Assembly: GCA_905235815.1 (NCBI GenBank)
Contig: CAJOMT010000003.1
Location: forward strand, 190-64,189
Direction of reading: 5' to 3'
From: an uncultured Clostridia bacterium
GTDB lineage: Bacteria > Bacillota > Clostridia > Christensenellales > Borkfalkiaceae
Length of the DNA stretch: 64,000 nt
Shown: positions 30,102 to 39,091 of the stretch, one piece after another
Position numbering within the stretch: position 1 is the stretch's first letter
Layout: each line of letters opens with the position of its first letter
The notes under the pieces: generated by a model
The model's input: only the letters and a program-made list of their open reading frames with translations
Database searches by the model: none
Told to the model about the DNA's origin: nothing
Position numbers and translations under genes: made by a program

Positions 30102-30133
30102 AAGGCGTTCCGAAATGCGGACGCCTTTTTTTG
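30102..30133 (+). terminator. Intrinsic terminator
   Basis: AAGGCGTTCCG-AAATG-CGGACGCCTT followed by TTTTTTTG. Confidence 0.85.
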
Positions 30134-30215
30134 TTGTCAATTTTAATATCAAAATTACTTATCTGTGGTATAACTAAAACTAATATCACAATTTAACACA
30201 ATGTTCACAATGCAA

Positions 30216-30244
30216 TTGACAATTTGCAGTCTTTTTATTATAAT
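30216..30244 (+). promoter_or_regulatory. Perfect consensus sigma-A promoter TTGACA-17-TATAAT
   Basis: TTGACA at 30216-30221, 17-nt spacer, TATAAT at 30239-30244. Confidence 0.8.
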
Positions 30245-30287
30245 ATTATAGTTTAATAGTATAATAAGGCGAATATCGGTTTTCGGG

Positions 30288-30330
30288 AAGAACAAGCTTG
30301 TTCTTTCGGCGTTTTTGCAAAAACGCCGAA
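30288..30330 (+). promoter_or_regulatory. Two abutting perfect palindromes in the 5' leader (hairpins or operators)
   Basis: AAGAACAAGCTTGTTCTT (30288-30305) and TTCGGCGTTTTTGCAAAAACGCCGAA (30305-30330). Confidence 0.6.
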
Positions 30331-30365
30331 TACCTAAATGCCGATAAGAGGACGTTTGATATTTT

Positions 30366-31490
30366 ATGGCAAAAAACTTAAAAAAAGAAAAATTTATTTT
30401 GGTTCTTTGTCTGCTTGCGGCGCTTATAATGGCGCTTGCGGCTGCGGGGTGCGCTGAAAATACCGAGAATGACAGCAGAATCAAGGTCGTATACGAACTC
30501 GAAGGAGGTAAGTACTTAAACAGCGAACTTCCGATAGTTGTGTATTACAATTTCGGAGATAAGGGCGAAACTCACAGGATAAGAGAGCTGACCGAAGTAA
30601 CCGCCGAATCTCTGACGAGAGCGGGCTATACCTTTGACGGTTGGTATCGCCAAAAGTCGGGCGATGGCGATGAGGCGGTGTATTCCGAAATGTGGAATTT
30701 CGAGACCGATCTCATCGGAAAAGAGGGCGTAACGCTTTACGCTAAATGGCAGCCCAATATCGAGTATAAGTATTCGATGTATTATAGGGACGGCGACGAA
30801 CTCGTCTTTTACAAGAGTGAAATCCTATACAAAGGCGAACAATTCGATAACGACAAGGCAAAGCGTACGGGATATACGGTGCTGGCCTGCTACGACGAAA
30901 ACTCAGATCCGTGGGATTACAGTTTTGAAAACGACGTGGGCGACGTAAAAGTCATAGTCGATTACATCGAGGGCGAATATAAATTGGTTGGCAGCTATGC
31001 AGAATTAAAGTCGTCGGTAACGAAGAACATTTATCTGACTGCGGATATCGATTGCGATGGCGAAGACTTTAATTTCGGAGATTATTCTGGCAAGACGTTA
31101 AAGGGTAACGGATATACGATATCGAACTTTGCGCTCGGAGGCGATCAAACCTTAAAGACCGATCCGTTCGGAAATCAGAACGCTTTGCTCATAAGTCTGT
31201 TTGGCAGTATGAAAAATACTGTAATAGAGGACGTAAATTTCAAAGACGTAAAGATAACCGTTTCCGCCAGACTTCAAAAGACGCGAAAAGTTTACGTTTC
31301 GCCGATTGCGATTATGGCTGAAAATTGTAAGATAAGCGGTGTAACGTTCAAAGGAACGGTTGAACTCGGCAAATTTTACGACGGCTTTGATATGAGCGAT
31401 TTGACAGTCGTAACTGACAGTGAGTGCGTGGATAGTAAAAATTCTGAATTTTTCGGAAACGAAATCGAACTTGAAAAAATAAATTTCTAA
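30366..31490 (+). CDS. Lipoprotein with Listeria-Bacteroides-type repeat and beta-helix-like C-terminal region
   Basis: Lipobox LAAAGC; AGYTFDGWYRQ...VTLYAKW repeat; 12 nt upstream of the SBP gene. Confidence 0.8.
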   Translation: MAKNLKKEKFILVLCLLAALIMALAAAGCAENTENDSRIKVVYELEGGKYLNSELPIVVYYNFGDKGETHRIRELTEVTAESLTRAGYTFDGWYRQKSGDGDEAVYSEMWNFETDLIGKEGVTLYAKWQPNIEYKYSMYYRDGDELVFYKSEILYKGEQFDNDKAKRTGYTVLACYDENSDPWDYSFENDVGDVKVIVDYIEGEYKLVGSYAELKSSVTKNIYLTADIDCDGEDFNFGDYSGKTLKGNGYTISNFALGGDQTLKTDPFGNQNALLISLFGSMKNTVIEDVNFKDVKITVSARLQKTRKVYVSPIAIMAENCKISGVTFKGTVELGKFYDGFDMSDLTVVTDSECVDSKNSEFFGNEIELEKINF

Positions 31491-31502
31491 AAGGAAGATA
31501 TT

Positions 31503-34151
31503 ATGACTAAGAAAAAGAAACTTGTGGAACTTAATAGCATTGTTCTGGCCTTGGTATTAGCAATGGTCGGAACGCTTATGGCACTGACCGGCTGCGGTCA
31601 AGACAATGGCGATACGTCAAATCAGGGTGGCGGAAAGAAACAGTATTTCAACAATGAGGAAGATCCTCTCGTATTTTCGACGCTCGAACTCGATAAGGTA
31701 TTCAATCCTTTCTATTCGACTTCCGGAACGGATTCGACCGTAGTCGGAATGACGCAGATCGGAATGATGGCAAACGACGCTAACGGCAATCCGAGTTACG
31801 GCGCAAACGAGGCGGTAATGACTCTCGACTATGAGAGCAAGGAAGAAGGCGCTGGCGAAGATAAGACGACGACGTATTATTTCGTATTGAAAAATAACGT
31901 CAGATGTTCGGACGGTTCGTACCTTACGATGAAAGACGTACTCTTTAATTTGTACGTATATCTCGATCCCGCATATACCGGATCGTCTACCATATATTCG
32001 ACGGATATAGTCGGACTTCAGGAATACCGTACACAGCAAGCGAGCGAAATCGAGCAGAAAAACGCAATGAACGGCTTCAGATTAGATGCGACGGCGAGAA
32101 TAACCGCTCTCATCGAAGTATTTGAAGAATACGCCGACGAAAATACTATTATATTTAAAGACGAATTCGAGGAGTATTTGCAAAACTATAACGGCGGAAC
32201 TGTTTACGACCACGTTTACGAGGACTATCTGAAAGCGGAATCTCTTTTCAAAGAGGAATTGAACGACGATTATTCTAATTCGATGGACTCTTATGAAAAC
32301 ATAATATTTACCGATAAGAACAAGGTTAATCACCCGAACTTATTGACGACCGACGTCGAGGTATTTTTATATAACGAAGGCTACCTTAAATGGAATAAGG
32401 ACGACGCTAAACTCGAATGTGTCTTTGAAAACGACGTCAGCAAACTGAAAAATTACACGAAAGAGCAAGCAATCAATAGCGTGTTTAACGGAGAATTCCC
32501 GAAAAATCTCGACTTGATATTGCAATATTGGAACACGGCGACAACTCTCCACGAGTATCTTACTAATTTGGCGATGGAAGAGTATTATCAATCGACCGAA
32601 TTGAGATACGAAAACATTTCCGGAATAAAATTCGCGAACAGAACCGCACCCGTAACCGTAAACGGTAAAACCTATGCGGCGGTTGGCGATCATTATCAGC
32701 CAAGCGGCGCACCTGAGAACGGGTATAACGAAGTACTTTCCATAACCATAAAAGGAATCGATCCCAAAGCGATTTGGAACTTTGCGTTTACGGTAGCGCC
32801 GATGAGTTATTATTCTGACGCAGAGCATATAAACAAATTCGATTATGAAACCAATTTCGGCGTAGAGTATGCTTCGCAGAGTTTCCAGAGCGACGTAATT
32901 AAGGACCCGAATAAGATAGGCGTTCCGAGAGGAGCGGGCGCATATGCCGCAAGCAAGTCGAGCGGCGGCTTAAACAACGTATCATCCGGAGATTTCTACG
33001 ATAAAGGCGTAGTATACTTCGAGCGCAATCCGTACTTTATGTTGGGCGCTCCGAAGATTAAAAAAGTTCGTTTCCAAGTTGTATCTTCGGCGCAGATGCT
33101 CACGACTCTTTATAATAATGAAACGGACTATGCGGAACCGAATGCTACCACGAAGATCATTTCCGAACTGAACGGAAAAATTTCCGAAGGCATAGGCAAT
33201 AAATCCGTTAAAACTCTCGGCTACGGCTACATAGGAATCAACGCCGGCAAAGTACCGGAAATGAAGATTCGTCAACTCATAATGCATTGTATCAACACTC
33301 AAGAGTGCGTAAACTATTACGGCACCGAGGCTACGGCAATATACCGTCCTATGTCGACGGAGAGTTGGGCTTATCCGAAAGATGCAACGCCTTATTATCC
33401 TTATATTGATGATAAAATTCCCGAAAATCTCGACGTTGTGAACCCCGATTACAGAAACTTCGTCAATAAAAAAGGCAAAAAGGCAGGAGATAAATTTACC
33501 GAAGCAGAGAAGAAGGAGTTTATAGAACAATTGCTCGAAGAGGCAGGATTTACTTCCACTAACAGCGAAGGCGTTCTGACTAATTCGAGAGGCGAGTCGT
33601 TAAAATATACGTTTACGGTAGCCGGTCAAGAGACCGATCACCCCGCATACAGAGCGATGGTACACGCTGCCGAAATTCTCAACAAGTACGGATTTGCGGT
33701 AACCGTAACGACCGACGCAAACGCTTTATCGAAACTGTCCACCGGTTCTTTGACGGTATGGGCTGCTGCGTGGGGCGCAACGATCGATCCGGATATGTAT
33801 CAGGTATATCATAAAGATTCTACTGCGACCTCTACTTTGAACTGGGGATACAGACAGATACTTTTAAATAGCGGAAACAGATACAGCGAAGAACTTGCAT
33901 TAGTCGAAGAACTTTCCGATATAATAGAGAAAGCAAGGGAGACGAACAACCAAGCGGCGAGAGCGAAAGAGTATTCCAAAGCGCTCGATCTCGTAATGCA
34001 ACTTGCGGTAGAACTTCCGACGTATCAAAGAAAAGACTTGTTTGCCTACAATTCCAATAAGATAGACACGTCTACTTTCTTTGCGAACCCGACTTCGTTC
34101 AAGGGACTTACGAGCGATATGTGGAATTTGTCCTTAAACGTGGAGAGATAA
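31503..34151 (+). CDS. ABC transporter substrate-binding lipoprotein, family 5 (Opp/Dpp type), oversized (882 aa)
   Basis: Lipobox MALTGC. Family-5-like stretches (VKFSDGSxLT-type: VRCSDGSYLTMKDVLFNL; GIDPKAIWNFAFTVAPMSYY; GYGYIGINAG; AAAWGATIDPDMYQVYH). Confidence 0.8.
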   Translation: MTKKKKLVELNSIVLALVLAMVGTLMALTGCGQDNGDTSNQGGGKKQYFNNEEDPLVFSTLELDKVFNPFYSTSGTDSTVVGMTQIGMMANDANGNPSYGANEAVMTLDYESKEEGAGEDKTTTYYFVLKNNVRCSDGSYLTMKDVLFNLYVYLDPAYTGSSTIYSTDIVGLQEYRTQQASEIEQKNAMNGFRLDATARITALIEVFEEYADENTIIFKDEFEEYLQNYNGGTVYDHVYEDYLKAESLFKEELNDDYSNSMDSYENIIFTDKNKVNHPNLLTTDVEVFLYNEGYLKWNKDDAKLECVFENDVSKLKNYTKEQAINSVFNGEFPKNLDLILQYWNTATTLHEYLTNLAMEEYYQSTELRYENISGIKFANRTAPVTVNGKTYAAVGDHYQPSGAPENGYNEVLSITIKGIDPKAIWNFAFTVAPMSYYSDAEHINKFDYETNFGVEYASQSFQSDVIKDPNKIGVPRGAGAYAASKSSGGLNNVSSGDFYDKGVVYFERNPYFMLGAPKIKKVRFQVVSSAQMLTTLYNNETDYAEPNATTKIISELNGKISEGIGNKSVKTLGYGYIGINAGKVPEMKIRQLIMHCINTQECVNYYGTEATAIYRPMSTESWAYPKDATPYYPYIDDKIPENLDVVNPDYRNFVNKKGKKAGDKFTEAEKKEFIEQLLEEAGFTSTNSEGVLTNSRGESLKYTFTVAGQETDHPAYRAMVHAAEILNKYGFAVTVTTDANALSKLSTGSLTVWAAAWGATIDPDMYQVYHKDSTATSTLNWGYRQILLNSGNRYSEELALVEELSDIIEKARETNNQAARAKEYSKALDLVMQLAVELPTYQRKDLFAYNSNKIDTSTFFANPTSFKGLTSDMWNLSLNVER

Positions 34152-34196
34152 AGAATAAAAGATAAATTATAACTCAAAAGCAACAAACGATAATTT

Positions 34197-35531
34197 ATGT
34201 TTAAATATATTGTTAAAAGAATTTTGATATCGATATTGATACTGTTCGGGGTGTCCGTAATCATATATACTATGGTTCGGCTCATGCCCTCAGACTACGT
34301 AGATACGAAATTCGCTTCACAACTTCAAAATAATGCGATAAGTCAGGACGATATCGACCATTTTAAAGAGCTTTACGGAATAAATATGCCCGAAGCGTAT
34401 TTAAATATAACGATAGAGGGCGGCGACTATGCAGGTAAATATACCGCCAACGCAAGGAAAAACGACTACGAATATGCTATTTTAAGTAGAGAGTTTTCTG
34501 AAACGTGGATACAAAAATCGTATAAAAAAGGCTCCTTGGTTCTCGTTTTATCAAAAGACGGTTTAGCGCAGATATCAGAGGGTACGAAAGTACTTGCCGT
34601 AGGCAATTATAACGTAAACTTTAATATAGACGAAACTAATTTCAATGCCGAATTGCTTTTGAATATCGGCGGCGGAACGGCGTCCAAGATAGAATACAAG
34701 GTTGCCGGTTTTTGGAGTAAGGCAGGCTCGGTGCTCGGCGGATATTTCAACTGGGTAGGCAGATTATTGCAAGGAGATCTCGGCAATTCGTTCTTATATG
34801 AAAAGCCGGTTGCGCAAGTTATAACCGAAAACATGTGGATATCGTTTGCGATAGCGGTTATCGCCACTATTTTGCAGTTCCTCATAGCAATACCTCTCGG
34901 AATATCGAGCGCAACGCACCAATATTCGGTCAGAGATTATACCGTTACGGTTCTTACGATGATAGGTATATCTTTCCCGACGTTCTTCTTTGCGGCGATA
35001 GTAATAAAGATTTTCGCACTGCAACTCGGTTGGTTCCCGTCGCAAGGTCTTATAAGCGCAACTGCGAGTTATCCCGCAACGTTTGCGGGCGGAATGATGA
35101 AATTCGGCGACATAGTCAAGCACCTTGTATTGCCGATTTTCGTAAGCGTCGTACTTTCGATAGGCGGACTTATGCGTTATACCCGTACTAATACGCTCGA
35201 AGTACTGAGCGCCGACTATATTCGTACTGCGAGGGCAAAGGGACTTTCCGAAAATAAAGTAATATACAAACATGCATTCAGAAACACGTTGATTCCTTTG
35301 GCTACGCTTCTTGCCGGAATATTGCCGTCGCTTTTTGGCGGAATGATGATTACGGAAAAAGTTTTCGCAATCGACGGTATCGGTAATCTGGCGTATAAGG
35401 CGCTGATGAGCGGCGATATACCGTTTATTATGGGATACAATATGTTTTTGGCAGTACTTACGGTAATAGGCACACTTCTCTCGGATATTATGTATTCGAT
35501 AGTCGATCCGAGAGTTAAACTCGGCAGGTGA
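34197..35531 (+). CDS. ABC permease, OppB/DppB type, with ~115-aa extracytoplasmic insertion
   Basis: MFKYIVKRILISILILFGVSVIIY start; EAA-loop region YIRTARAKGLSENKVIYKHAFRN; 444 aa. Confidence 0.9.
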   Translation: MFKYIVKRILISILILFGVSVIIYTMVRLMPSDYVDTKFASQLQNNAISQDDIDHFKELYGINMPEAYLNITIEGGDYAGKYTANARKNDYEYAILSREFSETWIQKSYKKGSLVLVLSKDGLAQISEGTKVLAVGNYNVNFNIDETNFNAELLLNIGGGTASKIEYKVAGFWSKAGSVLGGYFNWVGRLLQGDLGNSFLYEKPVAQVITENMWISFAIAVIATILQFLIAIPLGISSATHQYSVRDYTVTVLTMIGISFPTFFFAAIVIKIFALQLGWFPSQGLISATASYPATFAGGMMKFGDIVKHLVLPIFVSVVLSIGGLMRYTRTNTLEVLSADYIRTARAKGLSENKVIYKHAFRNTLIPLATLLAGILPSLFGGMMITEKVFAIDGIGNLAYKALMSGDIPFIMGYNMFLAVLTVIGTLLSDIMYSIVDPRVKLGR

Positions 35532-36601
35532 TTATGGAAGAAAAAGAATTGAATAACGAAACTTGCGATGAAGTAATCGAAAATAATGCCGAATCGACAA
35601 GCGAGGAATTTCATAATTATAAGGAAATGAGCCCGATGGGTTTGGTTATGCGGAGATTTTTCCGCTCCAAACTGTCTATTGTTGGACTTGTGATGATCGT
35701 ATTTTTGTTTTTGTTTTCCTTTTTAGGCCCCGTTTTTTATAAGGCGTGGGGCGAGTCGGAGGCGGATAGAGGCGATTATACGTATTCGACTTCCAAGTAT
35801 AGCGAATACAACGATGACGGGACGATTGTTTCCGTCGAAACCGTAATACAAATAGAAGATACAATAAACGTATATGCGGCGCCGAGCAGCAAGCATTTGC
35901 TCGGTACGGACGACCAAGGTTACGACGTTTTCGTAAGGCTTATGTACGGCGGAAGAATATCGCTTACGATAGGTTTCATAGTCGTCATACTCGAAACGGT
36001 GATAGGCGTAATACTCGGCGGAATATCCGGTTACTTCGGCGGTTGGGTAGATCAGGTCATAATGCGTATAGTCGATATATTCAACTGTATACCCACATTG
36101 CCTATTCTATTGATTGCGTCTGCGGTTTTGGACTCGTGGGCGGTAAAAGAGATAATATCTCCGGATCAGCGAATATACTTTTTGATGGCGATACTTACTT
36201 TGTTCAGTTGGAGCGGAGTGGCGAGGCTCGTCAGAGGTCAGATTTTGGCACTCAGAGAACAAGAGTATATGACGGCAACCGAAGTAATGGGCCTTTCGAC
36301 GTGGAGAAAAATATTCGTACATTTGATTCCAAACGTTATGCCGCAACTGATAGTATCTATGACTTTGGGACTCGGCAGCGTAATACTGTATGAATCCACG
36401 TTAAGTTATTTAGGACTCGGAGTTCAGCCTCCGCATGCGGCGTGGGGAACGATGATCGCTTCGGCGGATAAGATAGAAGTGCTGAATTATCACGTTAATA
36501 TGTGGTTACCGGCAGGTATAATGATAGTAATAGCGGTATTAGGGTTCAACTTTGTAGGCGACGGCTTAAGAGACGCAATGGATCCGAAATCCAAAAAATA
36601 A
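35528..36601 (+). CDS. ABC permease, OppC/DppC type
   Basis: HLLGTDDQGYDVFVRLMYGGRISL motif; EYMTATEVMGLSTWRKIFVHLIPN; ATGA overlap with the preceding gene. Confidence 0.9.
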   Translation: MIMEEKELNNETCDEVIENNAESTSEEFHNYKEMSPMGLVMRRFFRSKLSIVGLVMIVFLFLFSFLGPVFYKAWGESEADRGDYTYSTSKYSEYNDDGTIVSVETVIQIEDTINVYAAPSSKHLLGTDDQGYDVFVRLMYGGRISLTIGFIVVILETVIGVILGGISGYFGGWVDQVIMRIVDIFNCIPTLPILLIASAVLDSWAVKEIISPDQRIYFLMAILTLFSWSGVARLVRGQILALREQEYMTATEVMGLSTWRKIFVHLIPNVMPQLIVSMTLGLGSVILYESTLSYLGLGVQPPHAAWGTMIASADKIEVLNYHVNMWLPAGIMIVIAVLGFNFVGDGLRDAMDPKSKK

Positions 36602-36617
36602 TCGCACGGACAAAATA

Positions 36618-37781
36618 ATGAGCGAACAGAAAAAATCATCAAATTACATATCCATAAAAGAAAGTCGCAAGATAATAAAAGAAAATCTTCGTCAAATGAA
36701 GTATTACGAGAGTTTGAAGAGGAAAAATCTCGATCCGAAAAGTTTTACTTGCGCTATGCACGATGAAAACAATATTATAGAAATCGACGACTTGCATACT
36801 TGTTTTTTCACGGATACGGGAACGGTTAAAAGCGTAAACGGCGTTTCGTTCGACATACCTAAAAACAAGATAGTCGGCGTTGTCGGCGAGTCCGGTTGCG
36901 GCAAGAGCGTTACGTCGCTCTCGATAATGCAACTCGTGCAAGCCCCGCAAGGACAGGTTGTCGGCGGAGAAATACGTTTCAATTCGGACGAACTCGGAAT
37001 TGACGAAAACGGAAAAAAACTCGGCTATAACATAGCGAAGATGCCGACAAAAGAGATGTATAAAATCAGAGGCAAGGATATCACGATGATATTCCAAGAG
37101 CCGATGACAAGTCTGAATCCGGTATTTACGATAGGTTACCAACTCGACGAAGTATCTTTCGTGCATACTCCGGATATCGCCAAGGAAGACGCTAAGAAAA
37201 AGAGTATAGAAATGCTCGAAAAGGTCGGAATAGCGATGCCGGAACACGTTTATAAGAGTTATCCGCACGAACTTTCGGGCGGTATGCGCCAAAGGGTAAT
37301 GATAGCGATGGCGCTTGCCGGAAATCCGAAACTCATAATAGCCGACGAACCGACGACGGCTCTCGACGTTACTATTCAGGCGCAGATACTCGAACTTTTG
37401 AAAGACCTTCAAAAAAGTCAAGGCTGTTCGATAATGCTTATAACGCACGACTTAGGCGTAATTGCGGAAATGGCGGACGAAGTCGTAGTTATGTATGCCG
37501 GGAGAGTAATAGAAAAGGGAACGGCGCACGAGATATTCCATGATCCCAAGCACCCCTATACGATAGGACTGCAAAAGAGCAAACCGCTCTTGACTTCGCC
37601 GTCCGACGAACCGTTATTTTCCATACCCGGGCAAGTTCCCAATCCCATAAATTTGCCTAACGCTTGCTATTTTAAAAACAGATGCGATAAGTGCTTTAAT
37701 AAGTGCGACGGCGAATATCCGCCTGTTATCAAAATAAGCGAAACACATTATGTTTCCTGCTATTTATACGGAGAACAATGA
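36618..37781 (+). CDS. ABC ATPase, OppD type (N-terminal extension and insert)
   Basis: Walker [12 protein letters not shown], signature LSGGMRQR, Walker [14 protein letters not shown]-terminal oligopeptide-type Cys motif. Confidence 0.93.
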   Translation: MSEQKKSSNYISIKESRKIIKENLRQMKYYESLKRKNLDPKSFTCAMHDENNIIEIDDLHTCFFTDTGTVKSVNGVSFDIPKNKIVGVVGESGCGKSVTSLSIMQLVQAPQGQVVGGEIRFNSDELGIDENGKKLGYNIAKMPTKEMYKIRGKDITMIFQEPMTSLNPVFTIGYQLDEVSFVHTPDIAKEDAKKKSIEMLEKVGIAMPEHVYKSYPHELSGGMRQRVMIAMALAGNPKLIIADEPTTALDVTIQAQILELLKDLQKSQGCSIMLITHDLGVIAEMADEVVVMYAGRVIEKGTAHEIFHDPKHPYTIGLQKSKPLLTSPSDEPLFSIPGQVPNPINLPNACYFKNRCDKCFNKCDGEYPPVIKISETHYVSCYLYGEQ

Positions 37782-38839
37782 TAGAAACGATAAATGCGAA
37801 TACTGCGGAAGAAAAAGAAGAACCCGCACATTTGCTCGAAGTCAAAAATTTAAAAAAATATTTCCCGATCAAAACTGATTTTTTCGGCAGGCCGGTCGAA
37901 TATTTAAGGGCGGTTGACGACGTGAGTTTTACGCTCGATCGCGGTACGACGATAGGAATTGTCGGCGAATCCGGTTGCGGAAAGACTACGCTCGGCAGAA
38001 CGATATTAAAGTTATATGAACCCGACGGCGGCGAAGTTATATATAACGGCGTAAATCTTACGGGAATTTACAAAAAGGAAATGCGAAAGTACCGTACTGA
38101 AATACAACTTATATTCCAGGATCCGTATTCGAGTTTACCGCCGAGAATGACGGTCGGAAATATCATAGCCGAAGCGGTCAAGACTCATAAGATAGTTCCC
38201 AAGTCCTCACTTCGCTCATACGTTTACGATATAATGAAAAAGTGTGGACTTCAAGAGCAGTATTACGACCGTTATCCGCACGAGTTTTCGGGCGGACAGC
38301 GTCAAAGGATATGTATTGCGAGGGCGTTGGCGGTAAAACCCAAACTCGTCGTTTGCGACGAGCCGGTATCCGCACTCGACGTTTCCATACAAGCCCAGAT
38401 AATAAATTTGCTCAAAGAATTGCAAAACACGATGGGACTTACGTACGTATTTATTTCGCACGATTTGTCGGTCGTAAAGTATATAACTGACAGCATTTTA
38501 GTAATGTATCTCGGGAATATGATGGAAAAAGGCGATACGGACGAGATATTCGATAATCCGTTGCACCCGTATACGCAAGCGCTTTTTTCAGCGGTACCGC
38601 AGTCCGATCCGGATACGAAGATGAAAAGGATCATCTTAAACGGAGATATACCGTCTCCTGCGAATCCGCCGAAAGGCTGTAAATTCCATACGAGATGTTC
38701 CAAATGTATGGGAATATGCGAAAACGTCGTACCGAGATATATCGAGGTCAAAAAGAATCACTTTGTTGCGTGTCATCTTTACGACAGTGAAGCGATGAAT
38801 AATTATTTCGTCGGAGACGCGGAAAATGGCGAAAAATAA
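37778..38839 (+). CDS. ABC ATPase, OppF type
   Basis: ATG at 37778 (ATGA overlap with oppD-like stop). GESGCGKTTLG, FSGGQRQR, LVVCDEPVSALD. The track's 25-aa upstream extension is rejected. Confidence 0.93.
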   Translation: MIETINANTAEEKEEPAHLLEVKNLKKYFPIKTDFFGRPVEYLRAVDDVSFTLDRGTTIGIVGESGCGKTTLGRTILKLYEPDGGEVIYNGVNLTGIYKKEMRKYRTEIQLIFQDPYSSLPPRMTVGNIIAEAVKTHKIVPKSSLRSYVYDIMKKCGLQEQYYDRYPHEFSGGQRQRICIARALAVKPKLVVCDEPVSALDVSIQAQIINLLKELQNTMGLTYVFISHDLSVVKYITDSILVMYLGNMMEKGDTDEIFDNPLHPYTQALFSAVPQSDPDTKMKRIILNGDIPSPANPPKGCKFHTRCSKCMGICENVVPRYIEVKKNHFVACHLYDSEAMNNYFVGDAENGEK

Positions 38840-39062
38840 AAAAGAAAAGAAAAAAAACGTTTATATCGACGACGGGCATACCGTATACGATATGAGCGGT
38901 TTAGATAAAAGCAAGTCTAAATCGGACGACGGCGTTCAAATGACTAAAAAAGAAAAGAGAGCGGCGGTAAGGGCGGCTTTCGAAAGGTTTTTACCCATAT
39001 TTATAGGTGTATTACTGTGCTTTACGGCGACAATGCTGTTGATACGACTTTGGCTGAGCTAA
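38826..39062 (+). CDS. Tail-anchored small membrane protein (78 aa), unknown
   Basis: Lys-rich N-terminus, C-terminal TM FLPIFIGVLLCFTATMLLIRLWL; overlaps the ATPase gene by 14 nt. Confidence 0.6.
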   Translation: MAKNKKEKKKNVYIDDGHTVYDMSGLDKSKSKSDDGVQMTKKEKRAAVRAAFERFLPIFIGVLLCFTATMLLIRLWLS

Positions 39063-39091
39063 CGACTAATCTTTATGTTCAAGGAAGAAAT

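Noticed and set aside
36639-37448. 269-aa ORF on the minus strand opposite the OppD-like gene. Similar long antisense ORFs occur at 50678-51589 (303 aa), 48140-48739, 40736-41371, 32982-33530, 4400-4924 and 3101-3583.
   Set aside because: All lie fully inside strongly supported + strand genes. Their translations are low-complexity (R/I/F/V/Y-rich) with no motifs, RBS or signal. They are typical shadow ORFs caused by codon bias of the sense frame.
39017-39091. N-terminal extensions of track ORFs (39017, 37703, 51995, 49433, 24185, 15333, 11555, 22604).
   Set aside because: The extensions start at non-ATG or poorly placed codons and lack an RBS. Internal ATG/GTG starts sit behind good RBSs and yield canonical N-termini (signal peptide + lipobox, ABC ATPase start, IF-1 start).
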